DNA of 64,000 nt from Flaccisagitta enflata (Eukaryota): NCBI GenBank assembly GCA_965153355.1, contig OZ231126.1, positions 20,646,001 to 20,710,000 of the forward strand. Reading direction: 5' to 3'. The position numbers were made by a program, and so were the translations under genes. How positions within the stretch are numbered: position 1 is the stretch's first letter; each line of letters starts with the position of its first letter. The notes beneath the pieces are model-generated. The model was not told the origin of the DNA. It ran no database searches and saw only the letters and a list, made by a program, of their open reading frames with translations. Shown in pieces: positions 1-13,600 of the stretch.

Positions 1-260
<260 letters not shown>

Positions 261-689
261 GATTACCGTTTCTTACCCCTTTCTACCCGATCACTTTGTC
301 TTTCTTTCTGTCTCCCCACCTCAGACCATCTACTGTTACGCTTGAGCCATCCCCATACATCGCATAATCGCAATTCCCTTGCCTATCTTTCCCTCTCTTC
401 ATGTCTTCCTTACTCTACATCTTGTTTTCCCCAATGTATCTCCTCCGTATTTAATCCCTCCAGCCAATCTGTTTTTATGCTCCTAGATTCGCTCTACATG
501 CTGGTTAGCCTTTTTTCTTTTTTTCTGTTAGTCATTTGCTAATCCGTCCGTTGTTCGTATAATGCTTCACTAGAGGCTAGGCCGTTTTTGGCTTGTATGT
601 CAAATTCTCAATTTAGGGCAGATTTGTTCCTAAATTGGCTTTGTTTTCCCACGAGAATTTTAGCGCATGACAAGTAAAGCAAATTTTTT

Positions 690-771
690 CGCTGTACCCA
701 AACCGAATTTCACCGATTTCTTAGTATTTGTCCCCATTTTGTCTGTCTGCCTCTGTCTGTCTGTCTGTCTA

Positions 772-811
<40 letters not shown>

Positions 812-1054
812 ATTGTGTTCCTCCGAATTGCACGGATTTCTTAGTGTTTCTTCTCATTCTGTCTGTCTGACTCTCTGTCTGTCTGTCTGTCTGTTTCTGT
901 TTCTCTCTCTCTCTCGCTCTCGCTCGCTCTCTCTCTCTCTTTCTCTCTCTCTCTGTCTGTCTGTCTGTCTGTCTGTCCCTCCAAATTGCACGGATTTCTT
1001 AGTATTTTTCTCTCATTCTGTCTGTCTGCCTTTCTGTCTGTCTGTTTGTCCGTG

Positions 1055-1091
<37 letters not shown>

Positions 1092-1190
1092 GTCTCTCTC
1101 TCTGTTTCTCTCTCTCTCTCTCTCTGTCCCTCTCTCTCTCTCTCTCTCTCTCGCTCTCGCTCTCGCTCTCGCTCTCTCTCTCTCTCTTTC
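690..1190. repeat. Three-copy composite tandem repeat (AATTGCACGGATTTCTTAG-like core plus (TCTG)n/(CT)n)
   Basis: Core recurs near 706, 826 and 983, each followed by TCTG/CT tracts. Confidence 0.85.
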
Positions 1191-1191
1191 T

Positions 1192-1667
1192 TTTGATTCC
1201 CAATCTATTTTCTCGAGATTTGACATCAATCAATGCCGTTTGGGAGATTGTTGGTTCTTGGCCGCTTTATCCGCTCTCGCCGCGCCGTCAACCAGGAAGC
1301 ATTTTCCAAAGCAGTGCCTCGTCGACAGGATTTTGACTCTGAAGATTACGACGGCAGTTTTCACTTCTATCTTTGGTGGCAAAACAGAAGAATGTTGATC
1401 GAGATTGACGACAAATTACGCTTCTTCAAACGAACCCACAGCTCTTACGAATTACTTTACTTCAAATCGAACGACGGAAACGAGTTTTGGCCGGCTTTGA
1501 TGGAAAAGTCCGTCGCGAAGAGTGGAAGCTGGAGTGGTCCGACGACAGTCTGGCTTGGAACCAGGTCGACGACGATGAGAAACGGAGTAGACGGAGAATT
1601 TTGGAGGAAGCTGAATGATTTCTGCGACCAGTTCTCCATCGTTTTCATCTGTAAATTGCGTTGTTGA
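1192..1667 (+). pseudogene. Calpain catalytic (CysPc) domain pseudogene fragment
   Basis: SRFDINQCRLGDCWFLAAL (calpain catalytic-Cys motif QGxLGDCW), a frameshift near 1280, then YDGSFHFYLW..IEIDDKL..SNDGNEFWPALMEKSVAK joined directly to GSWS..DGEFW..DF..F..IC. The His/Asn-bearing middle of the domain is missing. Confidence 0.88.
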
Positions 1668-2890
1668 GAAGCGGAGCTCTTTAAATGTGAAAAAAAACAC
1701 TAATTTGCATAATGCAGTAGAAGCCAATTTTGATGTCTAAAAGATGTATAAAAGAAATGTAGTTAGGCGCAATCAAAGCTTTAAATGCGTAAACAAAAAA
1801 CATTGTAAGCGCCAAAGAAAATAAAATAAAATTAACAATACTGAAAAAATTAACACTGCTATAATTGTGGTTAGAACAAAAATAGATTAGATTTCTTTGA
1901 AATGAACTGGTCAAAGAAAAACTTCTGGAAAGCGTAATGACGTAACCTCAAGTCCTGCATACCGCTCCCTGACGGGGAGGAAGGGTAGTGTTGGACCTTT
2001 AGAGTCTAGCTCTTAGGGGACTCGCTGAATATCCCAATCTAAGCCAAGTTAAGACTGTCTAGACATAAACTTAAAGATTTTCCTAGGTCAGTCAGTAGCT
2101 CAATTTTTTGCATGGACCTGCTCAGCACTTTCAATAATGCACGTTTCTAAGTTTAAGGTTCTGGCTCAAATACTTTGGAAGTTATGAGCATTTATTTGAA
2201 CCATATCAAGCTGAAAAAATTCCAGGAGAATCTTTAATATCTTGGTGAAAGAACCTTTTTTTTTGGTCTACTTTCCATTTTCTCTATTTCTTCTCTTTGA
2301 CAAATTAACGCGACTGTAGTTTACATAGATAGTAAAATTTAAGGTCTACAGATTTCACCGATCATTTTTTATGTATTCATTGTCTATTTTGTGGGTTTTT
2401 GAGTAAGCAGTTGTTTGAATAATGTTCAAAAGTACTAAGAACACCATAAGATACTTTCATAAAGACACTGTCATTTTGAATGTCAGTGTGCCTGTCTCTG
2501 AGCACTTCACTCAGAGGTATGATATAAGACGAGCAATCCTTTAGCTTTCTTTGAAATATAGCACCTCACCTTTGATTACGATTCATGATCCATAGTGAGC
2601 AAACATCTTGCTTTGCAGCCACAGGCGAGCCCTGACTTTTCTACGAGCCTAAGTAACTAAATCTGAAAAAAATAATTTCATCAACAGCTAAATGGCTCTG
2701 GGTTCGATTAAGGTAAACTCACAAAATAGCGCTGGCTAATATACGTCCAAATCACTGTTATGAACTTTCTTTGAAAATATGGCTGACAGTGAATTTCAAC
2801 TGAGTCCAAGTTTTTTGAAAAAAAAGTAAAGTTACAGGATCTTGGATCAAGGCGAATCAAACAATTTCCTGTTGATTGCATCCTACTTTT

Positions 2891-3064
2891 AACAAGGCCG
2901 GATACACGGCCAATACCAGTTGCGGACGGGTGGGCAGGGGCGGAAATGCGCGTTTTCCCACTTTTCGACTCGTGTCCACGGACGGACCAACGGACGGACG
3001 GACGGACGGACGGACGGACGGACGGACAAAGCCTCTTATAGAGTTGCGTGTCCGCAACTAAAAA
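2891..3064 (-). mobile_element. DINE-1/Helentron-associated (HINE)-like short element
   Basis: On minus: TTTTTAGTTGCGGACACGCAACT 5' hairpin, (GTCC)n, CCCTGCCCACCCGTCCGCAACT, 3' hairpin GGCCGTGTATCCGGCC then TTGTT. Confidence 0.75.
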
Positions 3065-3089
3065 CCATTTTCAAAGAAATATTTTTTGA

Positions 3090-3326
3090 TTTTTAGTTGC
3101 GTGCTACGCGACTCTACACCCTGCTATGTCGGTCCGTCGGTTGGTCGGTCGGTCGGTCGGTCGGTCGGTTGGTTGGTTGGTTGGTCGGTCGGTCCCCTTT
3201 TGACTTTTTCGGCATTTTTGAGCTTTTTGAGCACACGGCTCCTGCCCAGATGACCTAGTGACCTTTTCCAGCACTGCTCCTGCCCACCAGCACGCGACTA
3301 GGGTAGCCGTGTATCCGGCCTTGTTT
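3090..3326 (+). mobile_element. HINE-like short element
   Basis: TTTTTAGTTGCGTGCTACGCGACT start, (GGTC)n, CACGCGACT subterminal repeat, GCCGTGTATCCGGCCTTGTT end. Confidence 0.75.
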
Positions 3327-4833
3327 TCTTAGTTCCCACGCGCGACAAAAAAACTTTCTAAGTTTAAAAAAAAAAGTGAAAATACAAGATTTTTGATCTT
3401 GGCAAATCGAACAATTTTGTATCAATTGCACCCCACTTCTTTTTCAGAAAAAAATCCTCATAAAGGGCTTTTTTGGGGGCCCTTAGGGGCCCCTAAGACG
3501 TTCAAAATTTTGGTAAATGAGATCAACAAAGTTATGTGCATACACCAAGGTATCTTTCAGGACCAAATTCAAGCTGATTAATTAGACCTCAAGCTCATGC
3601 CGTTAGTCCCTCTAGACCGGCCACATTTAAAAGAGAAATCGGAAAATTCACAAGGACTGAGATTCCGGATCTAAGGTCAATCTCAACCAAGTTGCTAGGT
3701 ACATAGCCATATACTTCACCACGGGCGTTGAAGGGACTATGTGTAAACTGACCGTAAGTCACAGTGCAAACGAACATGAAATTTGACCGGTCAAAGGGTG
3801 ATGAAATTTTTTTTGCTAAATCACAAATTTTTTTTTTACCATTTTATAAAATAACATAAATTATGTAAGAAAATACAAAATCAATGCAAAAATTTTTTTT
3901 GTTTGGGAGTTACATCAAAAAATATAAATCATATTAATAATCAAAGTCGCACGCATTACCTTAATTCCAATAAAAAAGATTTTTTTTTCTTAATAACCTA
4001 AGCAAGTATATTAATATGGAAAAAGAAAAAAAATACCAGATGGCTAAAAAAAATCTTAGAATTTTAATACTTCATCAGAAGAAAACTATCGTAAATTCTT
4101 GGAAACGACAATAACAAAGAAGTGGTACCCAGTTACAAGGCTCAAATTTCATCAGTCATTAGAAATTTAGCTTCCCTAGCCTTGAGAATAGTATAAATAT
4201 TTGCGCAAATTAATGCCAAGATATTTTCTACATTCCTGTTCCAAAATACAAGCTAGAAGAGAAAAGGCCCGACCTCAGAAATGAGGCTAAATTCAGCTAA
4301 AAACGTACGACTGAAAAAGCGAGATGTTTATCATATTTATAGACCAAAAATTATCTATTTTATAGATTTTTTTTCTGAATTTTGATTATAAAACTATAAA
4401 CAAGGATTGATATTGCACTGAGACGTTACGCTTGACTATAAGAAAAATTACCTTTTCTGCAAAAAATTATTTTATTCATATGTATAAAAAACTTGAAATT
4501 ATAATCATTTGAAAAAAATGTGAAACAGAAAATTTTGCCTTCATGCGCGTCACGACTTACCCGATCTGAGCTACAAAGACTTGTACTCACAGGACATGCA
4601 CATGATCGGTACATGAGTATTTGACGTGAACAAACAGAAGAAACAAGGCCGGATACAGGGCAGGGACCTTACTTGAGGTCACCAGAGCATTTGGGCAGGA
4701 GCAGTGAGGTCAAAGAATAGAGAAGGCCGAAATTCGAACTATGAAAAGTGGAACAATATCGCTCACTATACCCATTTGAGTTTCATTCCTTCTAATTCGA
4801 CAGAGCTTTTTATTTCGCGAGGACAAGAGAGGA

Positions 4834-4928
<95 letters not shown>

Positions 4929-5204
4929 CTTGCTCGATCTTGACCGATTTGGCTCGATTGCAAGCCAAACAAAAAAAAAAGCCATGGACGGACCGATGGA
5001 CGGACGGACGGACGGACGGACTGATGGATAGACAAAGCCTCTTATTACAATGCGAGATGAGACATGAGAAAAGTTAATTGTGACCGACCAACCGACCAAC
5101 GAATGGACAAAGTTGGGCGTAGCACGCAACTAAGAATCTTGAAGAATGACTTACCGTATTTTCTCTGTTTAAGCCCTCAAGTCCCCCAGGAAAAAATCTC
5201 AACC

Positions 5205-5330
5205 TTTAGGCCAAAATCTCAGCCTCCAGGCCCAAACCCTAGTCCCAAGGCCCAAATTCTACATCAAGGCTTCAATCCCAGCCTTGAGGCCCAAATCCCA
5301 GCCTTGAGGTCCAAATCCAGCCTTGTGACC
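5205..5330 (+). repeat. ~21-bp tandem repeat (AGGCCCAAATCCCAGCCTTG) of a dispersed element family
   Basis: The same unit recurs at 62692-63190 and, reversed, at 63826-63925. Confidence 0.7.
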
Positions 5331-5622
5331 TGGGCCGAGCGTGACACTGCGGTAAACCTCTATTCCGTGGACGTTGCAACAACGCCATTTTCCGCCACGT
5401 GGCGTAATAATGCAATTTATTGAAATATCGTGTCGGGGACGGTACGGTATAGGACAGGTCTTCAATAATCATAAGTATCTGTATTTACTCATCTGTGCTA
5501 TACTATTACGGTTACAATTTCAAAAATACGCTTGACAACTTCCCACTTTGAAGGAGGACTTATCACTTGCCAGACTGAAAGAGAGACAGATAGACAGATA
5601 AGGAGATATAAGCAGGGGCAGG

Positions 5623-5730
<108 letters not shown>

Positions 5731-6172
5731 ATTTTCTACTTCTTTTCCCTTCTGTAATTTCTATTATTTCTTCTTTTTTTCTTCTTTTTTTTTCTTTTCT
5801 TCTTTTTTTCTTTTTTCTCTTTTCTTCTTCTTTTCTTTCCCTCTTTCTCTTCTTCTTCTCAATACCGATACCGTCACGGCCAAGCAGCCCATTATCGTTT
5901 TAGGGCGACCCTTCCCTTTTTCCGCTACCGGAATGAACTTCCGGTTTCACGCTCAGGCCAGCTTGTGACCCAAGTGCTTTAAGAAGGAGAAAATTCCCCA
6001 TATGCGTGAAAGCATAGGTCATCAACCCTTTTGGGGCCGCTGCCCTGCTTGCTTCCTCAACTTCAAGCACAACCTACAAAGGAAGGGCACAGCCGCACGG
6101 GTACCGCTGACCATTAACACTTTTTACGGTCGTTCCCTTCCGTCTTCTTCCTCTTCCTCTTCTTCCTCTTCT

Positions 6173-6203
<31 letters not shown>

Positions 6204-6255
6204 TTTCCTTCTTTTTCTTCTTCTTCTTGTTTTTCTTCCTCTCCTTCTTTTTCCT

Positions 6256-6682
6256 ATTTTTAGTCGCGTGCCACGCGACTCTACACCCCGCTTTGTCTGT
6301 CTGTCCGTCGGTCCGTCCATTGGTCCGTTCGTCGGTCCGTCCGTCTGTCCATCCGTCCGTCCGTCCGTCACACTTTACTTTTTTTGTTTTTTTGCGGTTT
6401 TTGGCCTCACTGCTCCTGCCCAAATGATGGAGTGACCTCAATTATGGCCCCTGCCCACCCGCACGCGACTGGGGTAGCCGTGTTTCCGGCCTTGTTTCTA
6501 CGTCTTCTCTTCCTTGTTCTTTTATTCACCCTTCTGTTTTTTAGTCGCGGACACGCGACACTTCACCTTGCCATGTGAGTCGGTATGACTGTCTGCCCGT
6601 CACATCTTTTAATTTGTAGTGGTGTCCGCAATTCTGCTCCTGCCCAACTGTCCGCAACTGGATTGCCATATACGGCCTTGTT
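6256..6682 (+). mobile_element. Two adjacent HINE-like elements (6256-6497, 6537-6682)
   Basis: Each has a TTTTTAGTCGCG..CGCGAC start and a GGCCTTGTT end; the first carries (GTCC)n. Confidence 0.7.
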
Positions 6683-7810
6683 ACACTTTCAGCCTCCTTT
6701 TGTGGTCTTACTAGATCTTGGTCTTTCTCTTCATCTTCTACTTCTTCCTCTTCCTCTTCTTCTTCTTCCTCTTCATCTTCTTTCTCATTTTTTAAGAACT
6801 TTTTTCATTTTCTTCCTCTTTATCTTCACCATTGACCTTTTCCCTCTTCTTCTATTTCTTCTTCCTCTCCTTCTTCCGCTCCTATAACCAGCGCATCAAA
6901 TATTCTCTTTTTTTTTCTTCTTTTTTCACCGAAGTGTGTTCACGGAAAATTCTAAGTTTGCATAGAAACAAAAAAAATCGCAAAAACAAAAACATGGCCC
7001 TGTTCTACATTCACCAGGGGTCAGGGCCATGTTTTTGGAAATGCAAAATTCACGTTTTTGTGGCCGTCTTAGAATTTTCCGTCAGAGAAATAATTTTTTT
7101 CCAATTCCGCCTTAGGACGGTTTTGACCCAAAGAAACAACCAGAAGCAACCTGAAAATCACCGGAACTCCGGATTTTTGAGAGCCAACGATGCAAAATGA
7201 TGTACTTAATAAAAAAAAACAAGAGAATTGTGAAAGGGACTCGCTCCCGATGAGAAATTACATAAAAATGCCACTTACCTCAGAAAATGCAAATCAGCTT
7301 TGCAATCGCATGAGGGTATCATTAATTCTGCTTTTACACTGTTTTGGAAGGGGGGGCACCAAATGATCGTGATGAATGGTACTTTGGGTCTAAGAGTCCA
7401 TATGGAAACGATAATATTTTCATTTTCTACTTACAGTAGTGGGAAAACAACATTTTGAAGTATGGCTATGAGGAAAGGTGCAACACAATTTTGCTCTTTA
7501 ATCAACCATCTGGAGCAAGATATCGAGGAGTTCTGGATAGTTTTTAGCTCCAGATTGCTTTTGGTAGCCCAAATAGGTTCTCTAGTAACGTCCCTTCACG
7601 AGTGCAACAAAGGGGGATCAATGGGGAATGTAGAAAAACTCATGTATGGCTAGAAAAAATGCTGAAACTACTATTTTTTGTTCGTTTGCACTGTGACGTA
7701 ACAAGTCAATTCGGATTTCGGCAGTCGGGTGATCCCTTTGTCACTATCATATAAACATCTAAACCAGGCAACCATTTAATCACGAAAATTTTGCTTGAGT
7801 TGAAATCATT

Positions 7811-8392
7811 TCCACTGAAGCACGACGTCGTGATTCAGTGGAATGAAGAATGACTAGTGTTTTTTACAATTCGTGCTTCAGTGGAATTGGAACTGATTGG
7901 ACTGATTTTGTCATTGTAGTAAAGATAATCAAAGTAGTCTTCATTTACTTTCATATGAAGAAATCAGTTCCTTTCTTTTTTACCTCCTACTTTTTATCTT
8001 CTCCTAAGTAGACTTACTATTTAAACTGAATGTTGTATCAAAAACAAAATATTCTTTACATCTACTAAGTTTTTATCAATAAAAAATTAATGAGGGGAAA
8101 ACTCATTTTTCTTTCATAAAAGTTTTTGTCATGAAAGAAACTTAAAAAAAAAAAAAAAAAAAATTAAAAGATACTTTTTTAAGATGACAATTTGTGACGA
8201 GAAGAAAAACCTATCTTCATTTGAATGAGAGAAATAAAAAATTCTAATTGCACTGAAATAAATTGTAGCGACCAATCAAAGAAAAACTGGATTGACTTTT
8301 TGTTTCATTGCAATTTGAAAAGAGGTTAAGAGTCGATCCACTGAAGCACGAATTCCAATTCCACTGAAGCACGAAGTCGTGCTTCAGTGGAA
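7811..8392. mobile_element. Putative MITE with clustered TCCACTGAAGCACGA motifs at both ends
   Basis: Six copies of the 15-mer in both orientations (7811, 7828, 7871, 8337, 8360, 8377) form terminal palindromes around an AT-rich interior. Confidence 0.6.
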
Positions 8393-8876
8393 TGGGGCCT
8401 TACTGGCCTCATTTCCAGCTCCAAGTTCGTGATTCAGTGACTAGCTCATATGTTTATACTAACACTAACTTAGTGAACACGTTTTCTTTGTTATTCCGAC
8501 TCAATCTTACAAGATTTCTGGTTTTTTTGTTTACATTCATTCGTAAGATCTGGTATTGTCGAGAAACAGTCAAAAAAGACAGATTAGGAGATGAAGGAGA
8601 TGAAGCTTGCAAAGCGAGAATTAGTTCTGAGCTAGTCATAGCAAAGAGGAACAACAGCAGTCTGGAGAAAAGAGGGAACAATCTCAAATGGCCATCACGC
8701 GTATAAGAAAAAAAAAAAAAAGAAAAAAAAAGAAAAATGATTAAAACTTCGTTCAATTGAGACAATTTCAAAGATTTTCAAAAAATCTTTCAATCTAGAT
8801 CAATCCCAGGTCTGTATCTCAAATGATTCAGGAGCTAGAGCCTTCCAAAGAGAAGCTCTATTTGGCTAACATGCAC

Positions 8877-9111
8877 TTTTTTGTTGCGTGTACGCGACTA
8901 TACAACCCGCTCTGTCCATCTGTCGGTCGGTCGGTTGGTCTGTCGGTTCGTCCGTCACTCTTAGCTTTTTTTCATTGTTTTACGTCATTTAAAGTCATTT
9001 TAAGTTACTTAAAATTATTTTAAGTCAATTTACATTTATTCTTTTAGTCTTTTAGTCTTTTAGTCTTATAGTCTTAACAACCGCACGCGACTGTAAGGTG
9101 TTGGCCTTGTT
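8877..9111 (+). mobile_element. HINE-like short element
   Basis: TTTTGTTGCGTGTACGCGACT start, (GGTC)n, ACCGCACGCGACT, GGTGTTGGCCTTGTT end. Confidence 0.7.
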
Positions 9112-9199
9112 ATATAGGGATTGTGAAAATAAAAAGGCAGAGTTTTCATTCAAACTAATGCCATTTCCAAACTCAGTTAGGGATGGTGCAAGATCTCAT

Positions 9200-10340
9200 C
9201 TCCTCCACTGCTCCACCATTGTCACCAAAGCTCTACCACTGCAATCACCATCCCACACCGTAATCACCTCCACTGCTCCACCATTGTCACCACAAGCTCT
9301 GCCACTGCGATCACCATCCCACACCATAGTAGGCTCCACTGCTCCACCATTGTCACCACAGGCTCTACCACTGCCATCACCACCCCACACCGTAGTCACC
9401 TCCACTGCTCCACCATTGTCACCACAAGCTCTACCACTGCGATCACCATCCCACACCATAGTCACCTCCACTGCTCCACCATTGTCACCACAGGCTCTAC
9501 CACTGCAATCACCATCCCACACCGTAGTCACCTCCACTGCTCCACCATTGTCACCACAGGCTCTACCACTGCAATCACCATCCCACACCGTAGTCACCTC
9601 CACTGCTCCACCATTGTCACCACAGGCTCTACCACTGCAATCACCATCCCACACCATAGTCACCTCCACTGCTCCACCATTGTCACCACAGGCTCTACCA
9701 CTGCGATCACCATCCCACACCATAGTCACCTCCACTGCTCCACCATTGTCACCACAGGCTCTACCACTGCCATCACCATCCCACACCGTAGTCACCTCCA
9801 CTGCTCCACCATTGTCACCACAGGCTCTACCACTGCAATCACCATCCCACACCCTCATCACCTTCACGGCTCCACCATTGTCACCACAAGCTCTACCACT
9901 GCCATCACCATCCCACACCGTAATCACCTCCACTGCTCCACCATTTTCACCACCAGCTCTACCACTGCCATCACCATCCCACACCGTAGTCACCTCCACT
10001 GCTCCACCATTGTCACCACAAGCTCTCCCACTGCCATCACCATCCCACACCGTAATCACCTCCACCGCTCCACCATTGTCACCACAAGCTCTACCACTGC
10101 CATCACCATCCCACACCGTCGTCACATCCACTGCTCCACCATTTTCACCACAAGCTCCACCACTGCAATCACTACCCCACACCCTCATCACCTCCACCGC
10201 TCCACCACTGTCACCACAAGCTCTACCACTGCCATCACCATCCCACACCGTAATCACCTCCACCGCCCCACTATTGTCACCACAAGCTCTACCACTGCCA
10301 TCACCATACCACACCCTCATCACCTCCACCACTGTCACCA
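9200..10340. repeat. 66-bp minisatellite, about 17 copies
   Basis: Period of 66 bp (CACTGCTCCACCATTGTCACCACA.. at 9271, 9337, ...); translates as a 22-aa S/P/T-rich repeat. Confidence 0.95.
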
Positions 10341-10584
10341 CCACAGCCTTCTCTGTCGCGTGACGGCTTTCTCCTCGTCGCTTTTTGCGCCTCAAAAGGA
10401 AAAACGATCAAAGTTTCAAAAGGAGGAAAGAAATTTTTTCAGGGCGTAACTCGCTGTGTTGAGAATTCTAAATGAAGCTAGATGGAAATACAAGCTTAGG
10501 GGCGGGAAAAAGGGGAGGGTAGGGAGCGGGGGGAAAAGGGTAGGGGGGGGGAAAGGGTAGGGTAGGGGGAGAGAGAGAGAGAGA

Positions 10585-10664
<80 letters not shown>

Positions 10665-13600
10665 GGACCCGCAATGTGGGTGCGGAACAAGTCTAGCAAA
10701 AGTCCTTCCCCCTTACATTTCGTCTTGGCCATTCACCCTTTCCACATTAAAATGGTTTTAGGTAATAGAATTATTTATGGCTTTTACTTTAACACCATAT
10801 TAAATCAAAAAGATTGGGGCAGTATGATGATTTACTTTGCAACCAAGACTTGAAATAAACACGCAATTACTTGAAAAGCATATCAAAAATTGCAAAAAAT
10901 ATTTTCTTTGAATTTTTGTTAATAAAAACAACCAAGAAAGACTTCCATTTTCATGGCATCAAGGCCATAAGCAATTTAATTACCTTATCCTGATCAGGGT
11001 GCATTGTCTTGGTCATTGTCAACCGTTTCTTGGTTCATCCCATCCAAGTTGATATTGATGGGTTCTAATCGTCAAAGAAGGTTGGTTTATTCTGTCAAAG
11101 TTGGCTGGTTTAGTCCGTAAAAGTAGGTTGGTTTATTCCGTCAAAGTAGGTTCGTTAATTTCGTCATAGTTGGTTGTTTTTTTTTCTGTTCAAGTTGGCT
11201 GTTTCACTTTGTCTTTGTCAGCGTTGGTTGATCGGGTCGTTCGAGTGAAGGTCGGACGATTGTCGGCTCTGATGGCGATGATGGCGATGATGGCGATGAT
11301 CGCACTGAAGGCGAAAAAAAGAAAACGCCCCTTTTACCAAAAGGGACCAAAGAATGGGAATTTATACAGACAAGAAAAATGTTCCCCAACTTCTCCCTAA
11401 TTTCAAAAGCTCGGGATTTGAAGCGTGACCCAATTCCCGTTCTGTTTCAAATTTCTTTTTCTCAATCATAAAATCACTTGACTTAAAAGGGTGAAAGACC
11501 CTCAAATCCCTCGCCCTATCTTCTAACCCGCTCACTCTCTCTTTCATTCTCGTTCTCTCCCCTCTTTTTCTCCATTTCACTAGCACAAGCATGAAAGCGT
11601 GTCATGGCCTTCCCCTCCCCACGGGTTTATGACGCACCGCGTTCACGTGCGCCAGCCGCGCTTTCCCATACTTTCTCAAAAGATTGCGCCATCGCAAATA
11701 TTCTCCATCGCCGTCGTCGTCGTCATCACCGACGTTATCGTCGTTTTCGTCGTTGTCGTCATCGCCGTCCTCGCTTTTGTCGTCATTATCGTCGTCGCCA
11801 ACGTCGAAATCGTCGTCGCCGTCGTCGTCATCGCCGTCGTCGCCTTTGTCGTCGTCGCCGCCGTTGTCGTCACTATCGTCGTCGTCAACGTCGAAATCGT
11901 CATCACCGTCGTCGTCTCTGTCTACGCCGTTGTTTCCACGCAACGTCAGACAATTTTATGTGCCGCGAGACGTGGCGGTTGTGCAACTTCGCCATCTTTT
12001 TCACCGCCGTTGTGAAGCTGCTGCAGCTCCCGCTGCTGCTGCTCCCGCTGCTCCCGCTGCTGTCTATGTTGCTGCCACTGCTGCTGCTGCGTTCTTCTTT
12101 TTGTCCCGTTGATACACAACTGACGTCTTTTTTTTGCCGGGAGGGGGCTGCTTTTGACTTTGAGCTTCATGAATAGAAAAGCGTCGAGGTGGAACGCAGG
12201 GAATTGCCTCGGCGATGGGCTGATGTTGCATGGTGGAGGGTAGTAATAGTGGAGGGATAGCAGAGAACTGCTTTAAGTGCATTGGATGATGGTGGGGACA
12301 GAGCTGAGCCATATAAGATGTTGGTTGTTTGGTTAGATGTTGTGTTGTTTGGTGGCAACGGAGGAGGGTAATTTTGGTGGAGATAGAGTAGTATAAAATT
12401 TTGATATCCATAGCGCCTCGTAGATTAACTTACGGTTGTAGAGATGGCTAGTAGAGAGATAACAGAGAATCGCTACCGTAGAGGGCTAATGCAGGAGAAA
12501 AGCAATGGTAAAGAATGAGCAAGGGTTGCCTCTGCGATGAGGGATGTGCAAAGAGGGGCAACAAAAAATTCATTACATTCGAAATAGTAAAAAAAAGGGG
12601 ATGAGGAAGAAGTTGATCAGTCAATTGAGTTTATGCCATTTACCGTTGGTTGTTGTGCTACTACATAATGAGTGGATCACAATCTCATCCTGAGCGTCCT
12701 ACGACGAATGATCATCCAAGGGCCGCGGCCATGTAAGTGATTGAACGAGCCAGTTATAGAGGTGCTTTGTCGCACCTAATAAGATAGCAAACAACGAGCA
12801 AGCAAACATCAAAATGATAACAGTCAGGTTAAAAACACAAGTCTAGATATCATGAAGCTTATTCTCAACTGAAGTTAAAAAAAAAAAGATGGAAAATAGT
12901 AAAAATTTACTGGGAAAACAATTATTTCCTAGAAAATAGATATAATAAGCTAGAAATAGCTAGATTTTTTTAAAAAAATCATTAGAATAAGCAAGAAATA
13001 ACTAGATTCATCAAGTGCCCCTAAGAAAATGACAAGATAATTCGTTCAATGGTAGAATGCAGTCGCTGGCAGGCTGGAAATAGCGACGAAGTCGCTGGTG
13101 TCCCGGCAGAGGGCCTTCGAGCTATAGGATCAGCCCTTCAGCTACTTTGCAGAACCTGGAACTTTGTGCATTTCACAGCTAAGTGATTCAGTTTTAATTT
13201 GTTCTACCCTGTTTATCTATCCTAGTTTCCATGCAATTCAACTTAAAACAAAGTGTAAAACGACAACTAGAATGATTTAGTACAAATCCTCACTAATTCT
13301 GCTTTGATCTTTGATTATCCATGGTGGCGTGACTCTTTGGATCCTAAATGATTACTTTTCCCTGCAAGATATATGAAAAATACCGAAACCACAATATGCA
13401 AATTAGTATTTTTCCATTACATTTGCTATTTTGTTTTCTTTCTGCCGCGGCTGTTGTGTTTTCCTGTCATCCTTACAAGTTTACGTCATGTGTCATCATC
13501 GAAGAGAGGGCCATGCAGAGTTGTAACGCGCTAAATCGAACGATACGAGCTCAGTCAATATATGAAGTTGAAAGAAAGTGAATTGATTTGATTTAACATG

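Noticed and set aside
1375-1395. WWQNRRM peptide resembling homeodomain helix 3 (WFQNRRM)
   Set aside because: It lies in register within the calpain FHFxFW..VIDD segment; coincidental.
13040-13140. tRNA-Gly-like A box (GTTCAATGGTAGAATGC)
   Set aside because: No cloverleaf or proper B box follows.
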